Origin: Acidimicrobiales bacterium
Lineage (GTDB): Bacteria; Actinomycetota; Acidimicrobiia; Acidimicrobiales; GCA-2861595
Direction of reading: 5' to 3'
Assembly: GCA_030448025.1 (NCBI GenBank)
Contig: JAUJNQ010000001.1
Coordinates: 544,432 to 608,431, forward strand
DNA: 64,000 nucleotides
Under the pieces are notes generated by a model. That model saw only the letters and a list, made by a program, of their open reading frames with translations, searched no databases and had not been told where the DNA came from. A program made the position numbers and the translations under genes. Below, one piece after another: positions 38,537-46,657 of this stretch. Position 1 is the stretch's first letter. The number at the start of each line of letters is the position of its first letter.

Positions 38537-38848
38537 CTAGGCCGGCGGCGAGTAGGCCCAGAAGGCTGGCCAAAGAAGCGTGTGGGAGGGCGTCATGATC
38601 CATGCCTTGTCGGCAGCTCCCGCCCACACGTGTAGCGAGGGCGGGCCGACCCCAAGGTAGCCTTCGTGAGCCCTGACCGCCCCGTACGTACGCGCTGGGG
38701 TCGGTATCCAGGCCGAGACCATCAAGAGCTGGAGCAGTCCGAGCGTGAGGCCGTTTGGCGGGCGAGGAGAGAAGTCACCGACGATGGCCCGGTCTGGCCA
38801 GACTTCACCGGCCGTCCCGGACCGGTAGGTCCAGCCGTCAGGGCGCAC
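38537..38848 (-). CDS. Hypothetical ORF (possibly another gene fragment)
   Basis: 103 aa. No motif was recognised, and it lies among remnants. Confidence 0.2.
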   Translation of the reverse strand: MRPDGWTYRSGTAGEVWPDRAIVGDFSPRPPNGLTLGLLQLLMVSAWIPTPARTYGAVRAHEGYLGVGPPSLHVWAGAADKAWIMTPSHTLLWPAFWAYSPPA

Positions 38849-39081
38849 ACTGCCTAGAAAGGGCCGCTCCCCGGCAGCGTTACATCACGCCACATCCGTG
38901 TCGTTCTCGGGAGGCCTTCATGGACCGGCTCCGCTTCCTGGTCACCGACCGGGAGGCCGCTCGCCGAGCGGGCCGGTACCAGGCCGACTGGTCTCGGTAG
39001 AACGATTCGGATGGTGCCGGCACCTCGTCCTCGTGACCCACGGCCGAGACGTCCGAGTCGAGTCTCCCGTTGGGTCTCAGG

Positions 39082-39525
39082 ATGGCTGAGGCCGCCAGGG
39101 ACTATCTCGGTCCTGAGACCAAGGCTCGCCTGGACATCGACCGCCAGCTGACCGAGGCGGGCTGGGTGGTGCAGAAGTATCGCCAGATCAACCTCGCTGA
39201 CGGCCGAGGTGTCGCCGACCGCGAAGTTCCCGATGGCCGAGGGCCACGGCGACCCGACTACCTCCTGTTCCTGGACCGCAAGGCAGTCGGCGTGATCGAG
39301 GCCAAGAAGGCCGGATCGACGCTCACCGGCGTCGAGTGGCAGTCGACCAAGTACACGACCGGTCTGCCCGGCACCGTGCCCGCGATCACCAAGCCCCTGT
39401 CCTTCGCCTATGAGGCCACTGGCATCGAGACGCGGTTCACCAACGGCTTCGATCCAGATCCGGCCAGCCGGCAGGTGTTCAGCTTCCACCGGCCCGAGAC
39501 GCTGGCCTCCCGCCGCCTGGAGTGA
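39082..39525 (+). pseudogene. Type I/III restriction-enzyme R-subunit (HsdR-like) N-terminal fragment
   Basis: ETKARLDIDRQLTEAGWVVQ...RPDYLLFLDRKAVGVIEAKKAGSTLTGVEWQSTKY is the N-terminal nuclease-like domain of large restriction helicases. The ORF stops after 147 aa with no helicase part downstream. Confidence 0.6.
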
Positions 39526-39710
39526 TCGCTGCCGAGATCGCGGAGGACTCGCGTACCGCCGAGCGGTACGGCGTGCTCGGCATCTCCGTAGAAGGCGCCA
39601 TCGACATCGGGGTCGTGAGGCCTGTGGCCCAGCGACCGAGCCGGCTGCTCGGCTGGGCGACACCGGTCGCGCCTGTCGGGTGACGAGCCTCGACATCCTC
39701 TGAGGGACCA

Positions 39711-41876
39711 TTAGGGGATCGGAGGGGTACGGCGCTGCCATAGAGCGGACTCCCCACCTCGCCCGAACACGTCGATGCGATCGGGTTCCGCGGCGACCGC
39801 AGCGGGGTCGGAGGTGACGTATCCGCCAAGCGATCGCCACGCAGACCACGACGAGCCGTTCCACGCCTGGTGCCAGAGGGCATTGTCACCGCCTCGCACG
39901 AACATGTCCAAGCGGTTGGCTCCCCTCGACAACGCAGCGGGGTCGGAGGTGACATGGCCGCCACGGGACTGCCACCCGAACCAAGCCGAGCCGTTGCCGG
40001 CCTGGTGCCAGAGGGCATTGTCACTGCCTCGCACGAAGACGTCCAGCCGATCCGCTGCCCACGACACGGCCGTTGGGTTCGAGGTTACGTATCCGCCAAG
40101 CGATCGCCACGCAGACCACGACGAGCCGTTCCACGCCTGGTGCCAGAGGGCATTGTCACTGCCTCGCACGAACATGTCCAAGCGGTTGGCTCCCCTCGAC
40201 AACGCAGTGGGGTCGGAGGTGACATGGCCGCCACGGGACTGCCACCCGAACCAAGCCGAGCCGTTGCCGGCCTGGTGCCAAAGGGCATTGTCACTGCCTC
40301 GCACGAAGACGTCCACCCGGTCCGCTGCCCACGACACGGCCGTTGGGTTCGAGGTTACGTGTCCGCCGAGGGACTGCCATCCAGACCAAGACGAACCGTT
40401 CCAGGACCGCTGCCAAAGAGCATTGTCACCGCCTCGCACGAACACGTCGAGGCCGTTCGTTCCCCTCGACACCACCGCGGCATCCGAGGTGACGTGTCCG
40501 CCGAGGGACTGCCATCCAGACCAAGACGAACCGTTCCAGGACCGCTGCCAAAGAGCATTGTCACCGCCTCGCACGAACACGTCGAGGCCGTTCGTTCCCC
40601 TCGACACCACCGCCGCATTCGAGGTCACCAATCCACCGAGCGACTGCCAGTCGGCACCGGCAGCGGGTGTCGCCTCGCCCTGGTAGGGGACGGGGGCGGA
40701 GGCCACCGCCGGTACCGGCGTCGGCGTGGGGACCGGCGCCGGGCTGGGTGCCGGTGCGGCAACGCTCGACGTCTCCTCGGCCATTGCCCACTTGAACTCA
40801 GACAGAGCCGGCTTGGCCGAGAAGTCCTGCCTCATGACCCCGAAGTTCTGCTCCAGGTCATTCCGGTCCGTGCCCGTGTCCCGCAGCGAGTACCAGAAGA
40901 TGGGTCCCGCCCAGGGCTTGCTCTTCCACTCGGTGAAGGCTTCCTTCACGAAGCGGGCCTGGTCGACATCGCTCACCGCGCGGCTGTTGAGACCGGTAGG
41001 GGCCCCGTACTCCGTGGCCCAGATCTTCTTGGCCCCGTCGCCGTTTACTTGCATGATGTCGTAGGTCTTGGGCAGTGAGTGCCACTGGTTCCAGTCCCCC
41101 GGAGCGGCGATGCCGTAGGGCCAGGCATAAGGGTGAATGCCAACCGCGTCGAAGCTGTCGCGGGCGCCGCTCTGGTACAGCTTGGACAAGAAGGTCCGGG
41201 GCGAAACGTACCTGCCGTCGGTGGTGTCGGCAGCTGGGGCCAGACCGGCAGTCACAACCACCGCTTTGCTGTCGACTGAGCGGATGGCGGCGGACGACGC
41301 CTTGAGCATGGCTGCGTACTGGGTGGGGTTCGGTTTGGGCTCCCAGAACTGGACCACGTTGGGCTCATTCCAGATCTCCCAGTGATGCACACCACGCGGC
41401 GCATAGCGCTGGGCAGCCGCCTTGACGAAGGCGGCGTAGGCGCCGGGGTCGGCAGGGGCGTACTTGTCACTCGTGCCTGCCGGCCTGGCCCACTGGGGCG
41501 TGTAAGCAGGCGTGGCCAAGATCCGCAGCCCGCGGGACGAGGCCCGCTGCACCACCCGGTCGAGGAAGGTCCACTGGTAGACGCCCGGCTTGGGCTCGGC
41601 GGACTTCCAGTCGAAGTCGACGCGCAGCCACTTGGCGCCAGTGGCCTGAATGACGTCGAGGTCACGATTGACCTCATCGTCGCTGCCCCACAGCAGCATC
41701 CAGCTGGTCTGGGCGAAGCCCGCCGTATGGCCGACGGTGCCAGGATCGCCAGCACGCTCCAGGTCGACGCCCAACACGTTGGGCCCGCTCGCCTTCTCGC
41801 CGATCACCGCCAGGATCGACAGGGCCGTGAACACCGCCACGGCGACCTTGATCCTCTGCTTCACTACCGAGCGCAA
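39711..41876 (-). CDS. Secreted clan GH-A glycoside hydrolase (GH5/GH39-like) fused to a seven-repeat beta-propeller lectin-like domain
   Basis: A signal anchor is followed by the catalytic motifs HHWEIWNEPN and IWATEYG, a Pro/Ala/Thr linker, and 7 repeats of about 45 aa (W.SLGG.VTS.P...S......D.FVRG.DNALW...WNGS.WS.W). The TTG start at 41876 lies 5 nt after AGGAGG. Confidence 0.8.
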   Translation of the reverse strand: MRSVVKQRIKVAVAVFTALSILAVIGEKASGPNVLGVDLERAGDPGTVGHTAGFAQTSWMLLWGSDDEVNRDLDVIQATGAKWLRVDFDWKSAEPKPGVYQWTFLDRVVQRASSRGLRILATPAYTPQWARPAGTSDKYAPADPGAYAAFVKAAAQRYAPRGVHHWEIWNEPNVVQFWEPKPNPTQYAAMLKASSAAIRSVDSKAVVVTAGLAPAADTTDGRYVSPRTFLSKLYQSGARDSFDAVGIHPYAWPYGIAAPGDWNQWHSLPKTYDIMQVNGDGAKKIWATEYGAPTGLNSRAVSDVDQARFVKEAFTEWKSKPWAGPIFWYSLRDTGTDRNDLEQNFGVMRQDFSAKPALSEFKWAMAEETSSVAAPAPSPAPVPTPTPVPAVASAPVPYQGEATPAAGADWQSLGGLVTSNAAVVSRGTNGLDVFVRGGDNALWQRSWNGSSWSGWQSLGGHVTSDAAVVSRGTNGLDVFVRGGDNALWQRSWNGSSWSGWQSLGGHVTSNPTAVSWAADRVDVFVRGSDNALWHQAGNGSAWFGWQSRGGHVTSDPTALSRGANRLDMFVRGSDNALWHQAWNGSSWSAWRSLGGYVTSNPTAVSWAADRLDVFVRGSDNALWHQAGNGSAWFGWQSRGGHVTSDPAALSRGANRLDMFVRGGDNALWHQAWNGSSWSAWRSLGGYVTSDPAAVAAEPDRIDVFGRGGESALWQRRTPPIP
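39714..40649. repeat. Coding tandem repeats (135-bp unit, with a 270-bp higher-order unit)
   Basis: The 270-bp block starting at 39841 recurs at 40111, with only a few mismatches by eye. The 135-bp block starting at 40381 recurs at 40516 and is nearly identical. There are seven units in total. Confidence 0.9.
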
Positions 41877-41977
41877 CGCATCCTCCTACAGCTCATGACC
41901 GTGCCGAATGACAAGTCCCAGGGGGGAAGGGGAAAGGGATGACGCGCCTGCAGAGCGGCAGAGATTCGCGCCATCGG

Positions 41978-42721
41978 TTAGCTCCAGAATCTCAAGTTGC
42001 CGCCCGCTCGCTTCAGCATGGCGAAGACGGTGCCGGTGAAGCTCACGCCGCTCTGTCGCTGGTCCGGGGCGTCTCCTGTGGACTGGAGCACCTCGACGCC
42101 TCTCACTCGAGTCCGCCGAGCGCGCTGCGGTCTGGGCCTACGTCGCGGGGCTGCTCGCCGGCGCGCCGGGACAGTGCCCGGGGTCACCCGCAAAGGCGGC
42201 GGCGGCGCGGGTCCGGCCGCCAGCGGTCGCGGAGGTGACGGAGGCGGTCCGTCTGCGGTCTGGGCGAAGTTCTGCGTGAAGTACAGCGACCCGTCGCCCC
42301 CGGCCATCGCGCCCAGCCCGACCAAGGTGTATGGCTTGTCGATATTGGCGTGGTGCGCTGGCGAGGCCAGGAAGGCGTCCTGGACGCGCACGACCGATGG
42401 ACCGACCCCTACGTTCTCGCCGACGCGAAGCCAGTCCGGCACAGCGCTTCCCGCCTCGGCCCCGAGATTGGGGTTGTGCTCGATATACCCGGCCGCCGAC
42501 ATCCGCTGTGCCTGGCGTCGGGCCACCATCTGCAGGGCGGCATCCTGGCGCAGTCCTGGTTGGCCATGAGCGGTGCGGTGCTCGTTCACCAGGGCGGCCA
42601 TGTGGTTCTCCTCCGCTACCAGGAAGCCCTCGGCGATGGCCTGGCTGATCTCGGCACCTGCCAGGACGACGAGCATGAGCCCTGCCATGGCCACGACCTT
42701 CAGAGAGCGCAGGCGCCTCAC
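41978..42721 (-). CDS. Secreted CAP/SCP (PR-1-like, YkwD-type) domain protein with a Pro/Arg-rich tail
   Basis: Signal peptide, then LVNEHRTAHGQPGLRQD...MSAAGYIEHNP...GENVG...FLASPAHHANI...GLG. The C-terminal 100 aa are low-complexity. Confidence 0.7.
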   Translation of the reverse strand: MRRLRSLKVVAMAGLMLVVLAGAEISQAIAEGFLVAEENHMAALVNEHRTAHGQPGLRQDAALQMVARRQAQRMSAAGYIEHNPNLGAEAGSAVPDWLRVGENVGVGPSVVRVQDAFLASPAHHANIDKPYTLVGLGAMAGGDGSLYFTQNFAQTADGPPPSPPRPLAAGPAPPPPLRVTPGTVPARRRAAPRRRPRPQRARRTRVRGVEVLQSTGDAPDQRQSGVSFTGTVFAMLKRAGGNLRFWS

Positions 42722-43632
42722 ACGGTCACCCCCGCGTCGGCGATGACCTTGCGCTCGGCTTCGACCTCGGCGACCTCCTGGCGCAGACAGTCGATCGGGC
42801 TCTCGTCGTCCGGGAACGTGAGCGACCCGACCGACAGATGGCCGTTGGCCTCTACCTTCCGGTCCGCCAGCACTTGGCGGGCGGCGTCTTCTAGGCGGCC
42901 GGTGAGCGTCTCACAGCCCTGCTTGCCGGTCTCGGGGAGGATGAACAAGAAGCGCTCTGAGCTCTGGTCCTGGACCCGAGACAGGCGATCGACACCACGG
43001 ATGCCATCCCGCAGCACGGTTGCCAGCTCCCGTATGACACGCCGGTGATGCCTCTTCCCCTCGAAGAGGTTGCGGTCCACCCGAACCTCAGCCACGGAGA
43101 AGACGGTCTGGTAGCGAGTGGCCCGGCTCTTCTCGAGGTCCGAGCTCTCCAGGAAGAAGGAACCGTTGTACAGCTCGGTCTCATCGTCGATGTGGTCGTA
43201 GATCTCGAGCTTCCGCAAGCGCCGCTCGATGAACCGGCTCCCCGCGGCCACCACCAGCCCGTAGAAGACGAAGGTGACCACCCGGCTGACCAGGAGCCCG
43301 ACGAACAGCCGCAGCCCGATCGAAGCGGATTGGTCGACCAAGACCAGGAAGTAAACGAGGCTGGAGAACGCTGCAGCAGCCAGGCCACCGGTGAGCCCAG
43401 CCAGGATGGCGCCGGCGAAGACCGGGATGTAAAGCACGGGCGCTAGCACCTCGGTGGGCGGAGCACCGCGCTCCCAGGCCACAAGGGCCTGACCCATGGC
43501 AAGGCCTACCCCCAATACCAGGAGCAGGAGCCGTACATGCAGGAAGGTCGGCCGCCGAAGAACAGCTCTCATGGTCATCGTCGCCTCGAGGGCGCGGTGG
43601 ATAAGTTCATCGGCCAGCCCTGTCGTCTTCAC
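42718..43632 (-). CDS. Membrane-anchored degenerate GGDEF-like domain protein
   Basis: About 4 helices precede a GGDEF-fold pattern (DDETELYNGSFF...RYQTVFSVAEVRVD...RGVDRLSRV). The signature position reads SSERF instead of GGDEF/GGEEF. Its stop overlaps the CAP gene start. The start is uncertain (GTG 43632, ATG 43578 or ATG 43572). Confidence 0.6.
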   Translation of the reverse strand: MKTTGLADELIHRALEATMTMRAVLRRPTFLHVRLLLLVLGVGLAMGQALVAWERGAPPTEVLAPVLYIPVFAGAILAGLTGGLAAAAFSSLVYFLVLVDQSASIGLRLFVGLLVSRVVTFVFYGLVVAAGSRFIERRLRKLEIYDHIDDETELYNGSFFLESSDLEKSRATRYQTVFSVAEVRVDRNLFEGKRHHRRVIRELATVLRDGIRGVDRLSRVQDQSSERFLFILPETGKQGCETLTGRLEDAARQVLADRKVEANGHLSVGSLTFPDDESPIDCLRQEVAEVEAERKVIADAGVTV

Positions 43633-43943
43633 CCATGTGTCTCTTCACCCCTGCATGCCTCGGCCCTGGAGCTGCAGTACTTAACCTGAATCCACCGATT
43701 CTCCCCACCGAGTGACTGACTGACGGCTTCAAGGCAGCTCGGCGTGGCGAGCCAGTCGGTCGAGACGCGTCTTTCCCGCCTGGGGACGCGAATGATCCAG
43801 GCGTTCGAGACCCTGCAGGGGTTGTCAGCGCGAGGAGGCCGTCTGCGGTGCGCCGGTCCGCCGGGATGACGTCAGCTATGCCGGAGGGGAAGGAGACCAA
43901 GGCGCCAAGGCGACGCTGGAACCACTGCGCTGGCCAGGCACAC

Positions 43944-44080
43944 GCCGCCAAAAGGGCCTCGAGGGCCGGCCGGCACCCTCCGCAGCCGGCGCCTGCTCCG
44001 CATCCGTCGGCGATGGCGGCCGGGTCCCGGGCCCTGACTCCACCGCGGCGCAGATGGCGGCGTCGCTGATGCCCAGGCCC
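43944..44080 (-). pseudogene. BFD-like [2Fe-2S]-binding domain remnant
   Basis: GLGISDAAICAAVESG (one frame) and RDPAAIADGCGAGAGCGGCRPALEALLAA (next frame) resemble the C..C...AG..CG.C bacterioferritin-associated ferredoxin pattern. The first Cys pair is lost. Confidence 0.3.
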
Positions 44081-44368
44081 TGGCCGGGGGGCGTCGCCGT
44101 GGCCAGGCGCCGTCGGGCGGTGGGCGTGGTCCTCATCGGCGTCGGGCTGGTGCTTTGCGGCTTGGCGTGGGATGTGATCATCCACGCCAGCGAAGGAGAG
44201 CCCCTCCACCTCCTCGAGAACGAAGGCCACTGGCTGGCCATGGTGGGCCTTGTGGTCGCTGCCGCAGCCGCCGTGGCCTTGGCCCACCATGCACCAGATG
44301 GCCACGTCCATGAACCGCCAGATGAAACGGACGTCAGCGCCCGACCGCTCTCGGGAGCGACCCCCTGA
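44054..44368 (+). CDS. Hypothetical two-helix membrane protein
   Basis: 104 aa with high GC3 and two hydrophobic segments. It overlaps the BFD-like remnant on the other strand, so it is uncertain. Confidence 0.3.
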   Translation: MAASLMPRPWPGGVAVARRRRAVGVVLIGVGLVLCGLAWDVIIHASEGEPLHLLENEGHWLAMVGLVVAAAAAVALAHHAPDGHVHEPPDETDVSARPLSGATP

Positions 44369-44468
44369 GCTTCCGCTGGGAATGGCCCCATGGGCACGCC
44401 CATTCAGTACCGGGCCCAACGTGACCGGCAGTACGGCGGAGGCCATTCGGGCCCTGGCTGTGGTTGTC

Positions 44469-44826
44469 ATGTTGACCTCGGCCTCCTGTGTCGCCTCTTC
44501 GGCCGCCGGCCCTCAGTCGAATAGGCGAGCCACTGCTCCCTCGCGGGCAGCTGGTTCGGCGACACAAGGCGACTTGGCCTTGAAGCTGGTGCCTTTCGCC
44601 AGGGGTCTTTCGCAGCCGACCGCGGTCGTTGCCAGCACCAGTGCCGGCGACCGGCGGCGGCTCCAGCTGCCGATTGCCGGCGAAGCGGCGGAGTGGCTGC
44701 GAGCAGTCCGGCGGGGAGAGGTGGCGTTCGAGGAGTGGTGGGATCGATGCCTGGCGCTTGACGGCCAGCTCGAGCGAAGCGATCTTGCGCTCCGGTCGTC
44801 CACTCCGGATGCGTCCTGCCGACCTC
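44469..44826 (+). pseudogene. Chimeric remnants: dehydrogenase-like lipoprotein N-terminus plus nucleotidyltransferase-like C-terminus
   Basis: MLTSASC...GDLALKLVPFARGLSQPTAVV resembles the start of PQQ/sorbosone-type sugar dehydrogenases. It is followed directly by EWLRAVRRGEVAFEEWWDRCLALDGQLERS, resembling the C-terminus of RlaP-type nucleotidyltransferases. Both assignments are by recollection only. Confidence 0.25.
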
Positions 44827-45780
44827 TCACTTGGTCGCCTCCACACATCTGGGCTCAGCGGTCCGCCATGAGGGCGGCACTGCCTGGAGCATGTCCGCCC
44901 GCACGACGTCGGGGATGGGCGGGGTGTCGAAGCCATGGGTCCGAGAGGCATGCTCAATCGTCGCGACCCAGCGGTCCGGGTCCATGGTGAGGCACTTGTC
45001 CCCGATGAACACGTGGGTGTTCAGGATGGCCCACTCCTCGCGTACTCTGTCCCGCCCCACAGCGGGGAAGCGCGCGCACAGCTCAGCGATGCCGAGCCCC
45101 GGCTGGCGGCGCTGTTGCTCGAAGGCGGCCCTCAAGGCTTCGACCATGCGGGCGACGACGGCGGGCGCCACGTCATCGGCGGCGACCAGCCCGGTGGCGT
45201 AGACCTCCCCGCCGAAGGGGATGGACCGCACCGGGATGCCCGCCGATCGGCGGATCAGGGGGATGGCCTCCGCCCACGAGAAGATGACGTCGACTTCGCC
45301 CCTGGCCAGGGAGGGGCGGTCGGCGTTGCCCTCCGGGACGACCACGGCGACCTCGAGTCCGAGCTCCACGAGGCGCCCCTGGTACTCGGACTGGAACCAG
45401 CCCGGCGTGCTCCCCGCCACCCGGACCCCGCCCAGGTCGGTCGGATGCTCGAGCGGCGAGTCAAGGGGGACGAACGCAGCCAGGGGGCTGCGCTGGTGGA
45501 CCACAGCGACGAAGCGGGCCCCAAGGTCACCGCCCAGCTGCTGTCGCGCCGCCAGGTGGTAGTAGGCGCTGGTCAAGGCGAAGTCGGCACCACCTTTGGC
45601 GCTGCGCACGACGTTCTCGGGTCCCCGACCGAGGGGGCCAACCAGCTCCACGTCCAGTCCATGCTCGGCGAACAGACCGCTCGCCTCCGCCGCGAACAGC
45701 GGCAGGTGCAAACCCGGCTGTCAGGTGGGGGAGAAAAGAGCGAGCGTGACGTGATCGGCGACGTTGCCCTGGAGGCTCAT
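44827..45780 (-). pseudogene. NMT1/SsuA-like ABC substrate-binding protein with an in-frame TGA at codon 20
   Basis: ATG 45780 lies 9 nt after AAGGA and reads MSLQGNVADHVTLALFSPT-TGA(45723-45721)-QPGLHLPLFAAEASGLFAEHGLDVEL, continuing for 297 codons in the same frame. Confidence 0.75.
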
Positions 45781-45804
45781 GCTTTCATCCTTTCGACTAG
45801 GCGA

Positions 45805-46644
45805 TTAGGCCGCTCCCGGCCACCACAGCGCAACCACTCTCCGCTCCTGCGGAGCTCGCGCTCGCAAGAACTCGGCGATCTCGGGCTCACGATCCTGGCC
45901 GACGTAGAGGCGCCGGCGCACGAACGCCACCAACTCGGGGGTGACCTCCTGGGTACGAGGCGGAAGGACGACATCCTCGCGCTCGGCGCCGAGGCCCATG
46001 GAGACCAGCACTGCCTCGGCTTCGTCGGCGACTCGGCGGTCGGGCCGGTCCAGGCCGTGAAGGGCCTTCCAGAGCGGTTTGAGCCCTGAGAGGGGATGGT
46101 CTGCTGACAGCTCGAGGACGACACGGTGACGGGCCCGAGCGGTCAGGGCGAGGATGAACTCCTCGATCTCGGTGACGCCGTAGATGACGTGATGGCACAC
46201 CGCGACATCGGCGGGGTCCACCTGGTCGGCCACGTCGGGCCACGTCCCGAGGACGGCTCGGGCCTCGACTCCAGCGGCGGCAGCAGCGGCTTGAAACGAC
46301 TCGAGCATCGTCTCCAGGCTGTCCACACCGGTGATCAGTCCTGCCTTGGGAGCCAGCCCCAAGCTGGAGGCACCGCCGCCCACTCCGACGTCGAGGACCG
46401 ACCCGCGCTCAGGAAGGGCCTCCAAGGCGCGTCGGCGCGATGGCCGCACCGGTTGCTTGGCATCCTCTTCGGGGCGCCACCGGAACATCTCGGGCTCGAA
46501 CGACCACTCCGGCTCAGGGGCGTTCTCAACGATGGCCTGCGGTACGGCCCAGTCGCGCACAGCCTGGCGCCACCGTTGCCCCGGTCGGAGAGCTGACTGT
46601 TCAGAAGGGACTCCGGCGTCCATGGCTCGCATAGTCACAGACAA
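45805..46644 (-). CDS. Class I SAM-dependent methyltransferase
   Basis: Motif I VLDVGVGGG is present. It lies in the same operon orientation as otsA. Confidence 0.8.
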   Translation of the reverse strand: MSVTMRAMDAGVPSEQSALRPGQRWRQAVRDWAVPQAIVENAPEPEWSFEPEMFRWRPEEDAKQPVRPSRRRALEALPERGSVLDVGVGGGASSLGLAPKAGLITGVDSLETMLESFQAAAAAAGVEARAVLGTWPDVADQVDPADVAVCHHVIYGVTEIEEFILALTARARHRVVLELSADHPLSGLKPLWKALHGLDRPDRRVADEAEAVLVSMGLGAEREDVVLPPRTQEVTPELVAFVRRRLYVGQDREPEIAEFLRARAPQERRVVALWWPGAA

Positions 46645-46657
46645 TGGCTAGCCGGCT

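Noticed and set aside
38854-39864. 336-aa minus-strand ORF across the HsdR fragment
   Set aside because: Arg-rich junk translation. It overlaps the recognisable HsdR N-terminal fragment and the end of the hydrolase gene.
39714-40649. Possible CRISPR array suggested by regular direct repeats
   Set aside because: The repeats are contiguous 135-bp coding units with no unique spacers. They lie inside a long ORF and translate into a conserved 45-aa protein repeat.
43607-44470. 287-aa minus-strand ORF
   Set aside because: No coherent domain apart from a short BFD-like stretch that itself needs a frame change. It is probably non-coding remnant DNA.
44250-44990. 246-aa ORF as a single gene
   Set aside because: Its translation changes character along its length: junk, then a dehydrogenase-like N-terminus, then a nucleotidyltransferase-like C-terminus, then antisense of the binding-protein gene. 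It is treated as chained remnants.
45721-45723. The in-frame TGA as selenocysteine or programmed readthrough
   Set aside because: There is no obvious SECIS-like hairpin immediately downstream. The family is not a known selenoprotein, and a Trp codon one substitution away fits the family pattern better.
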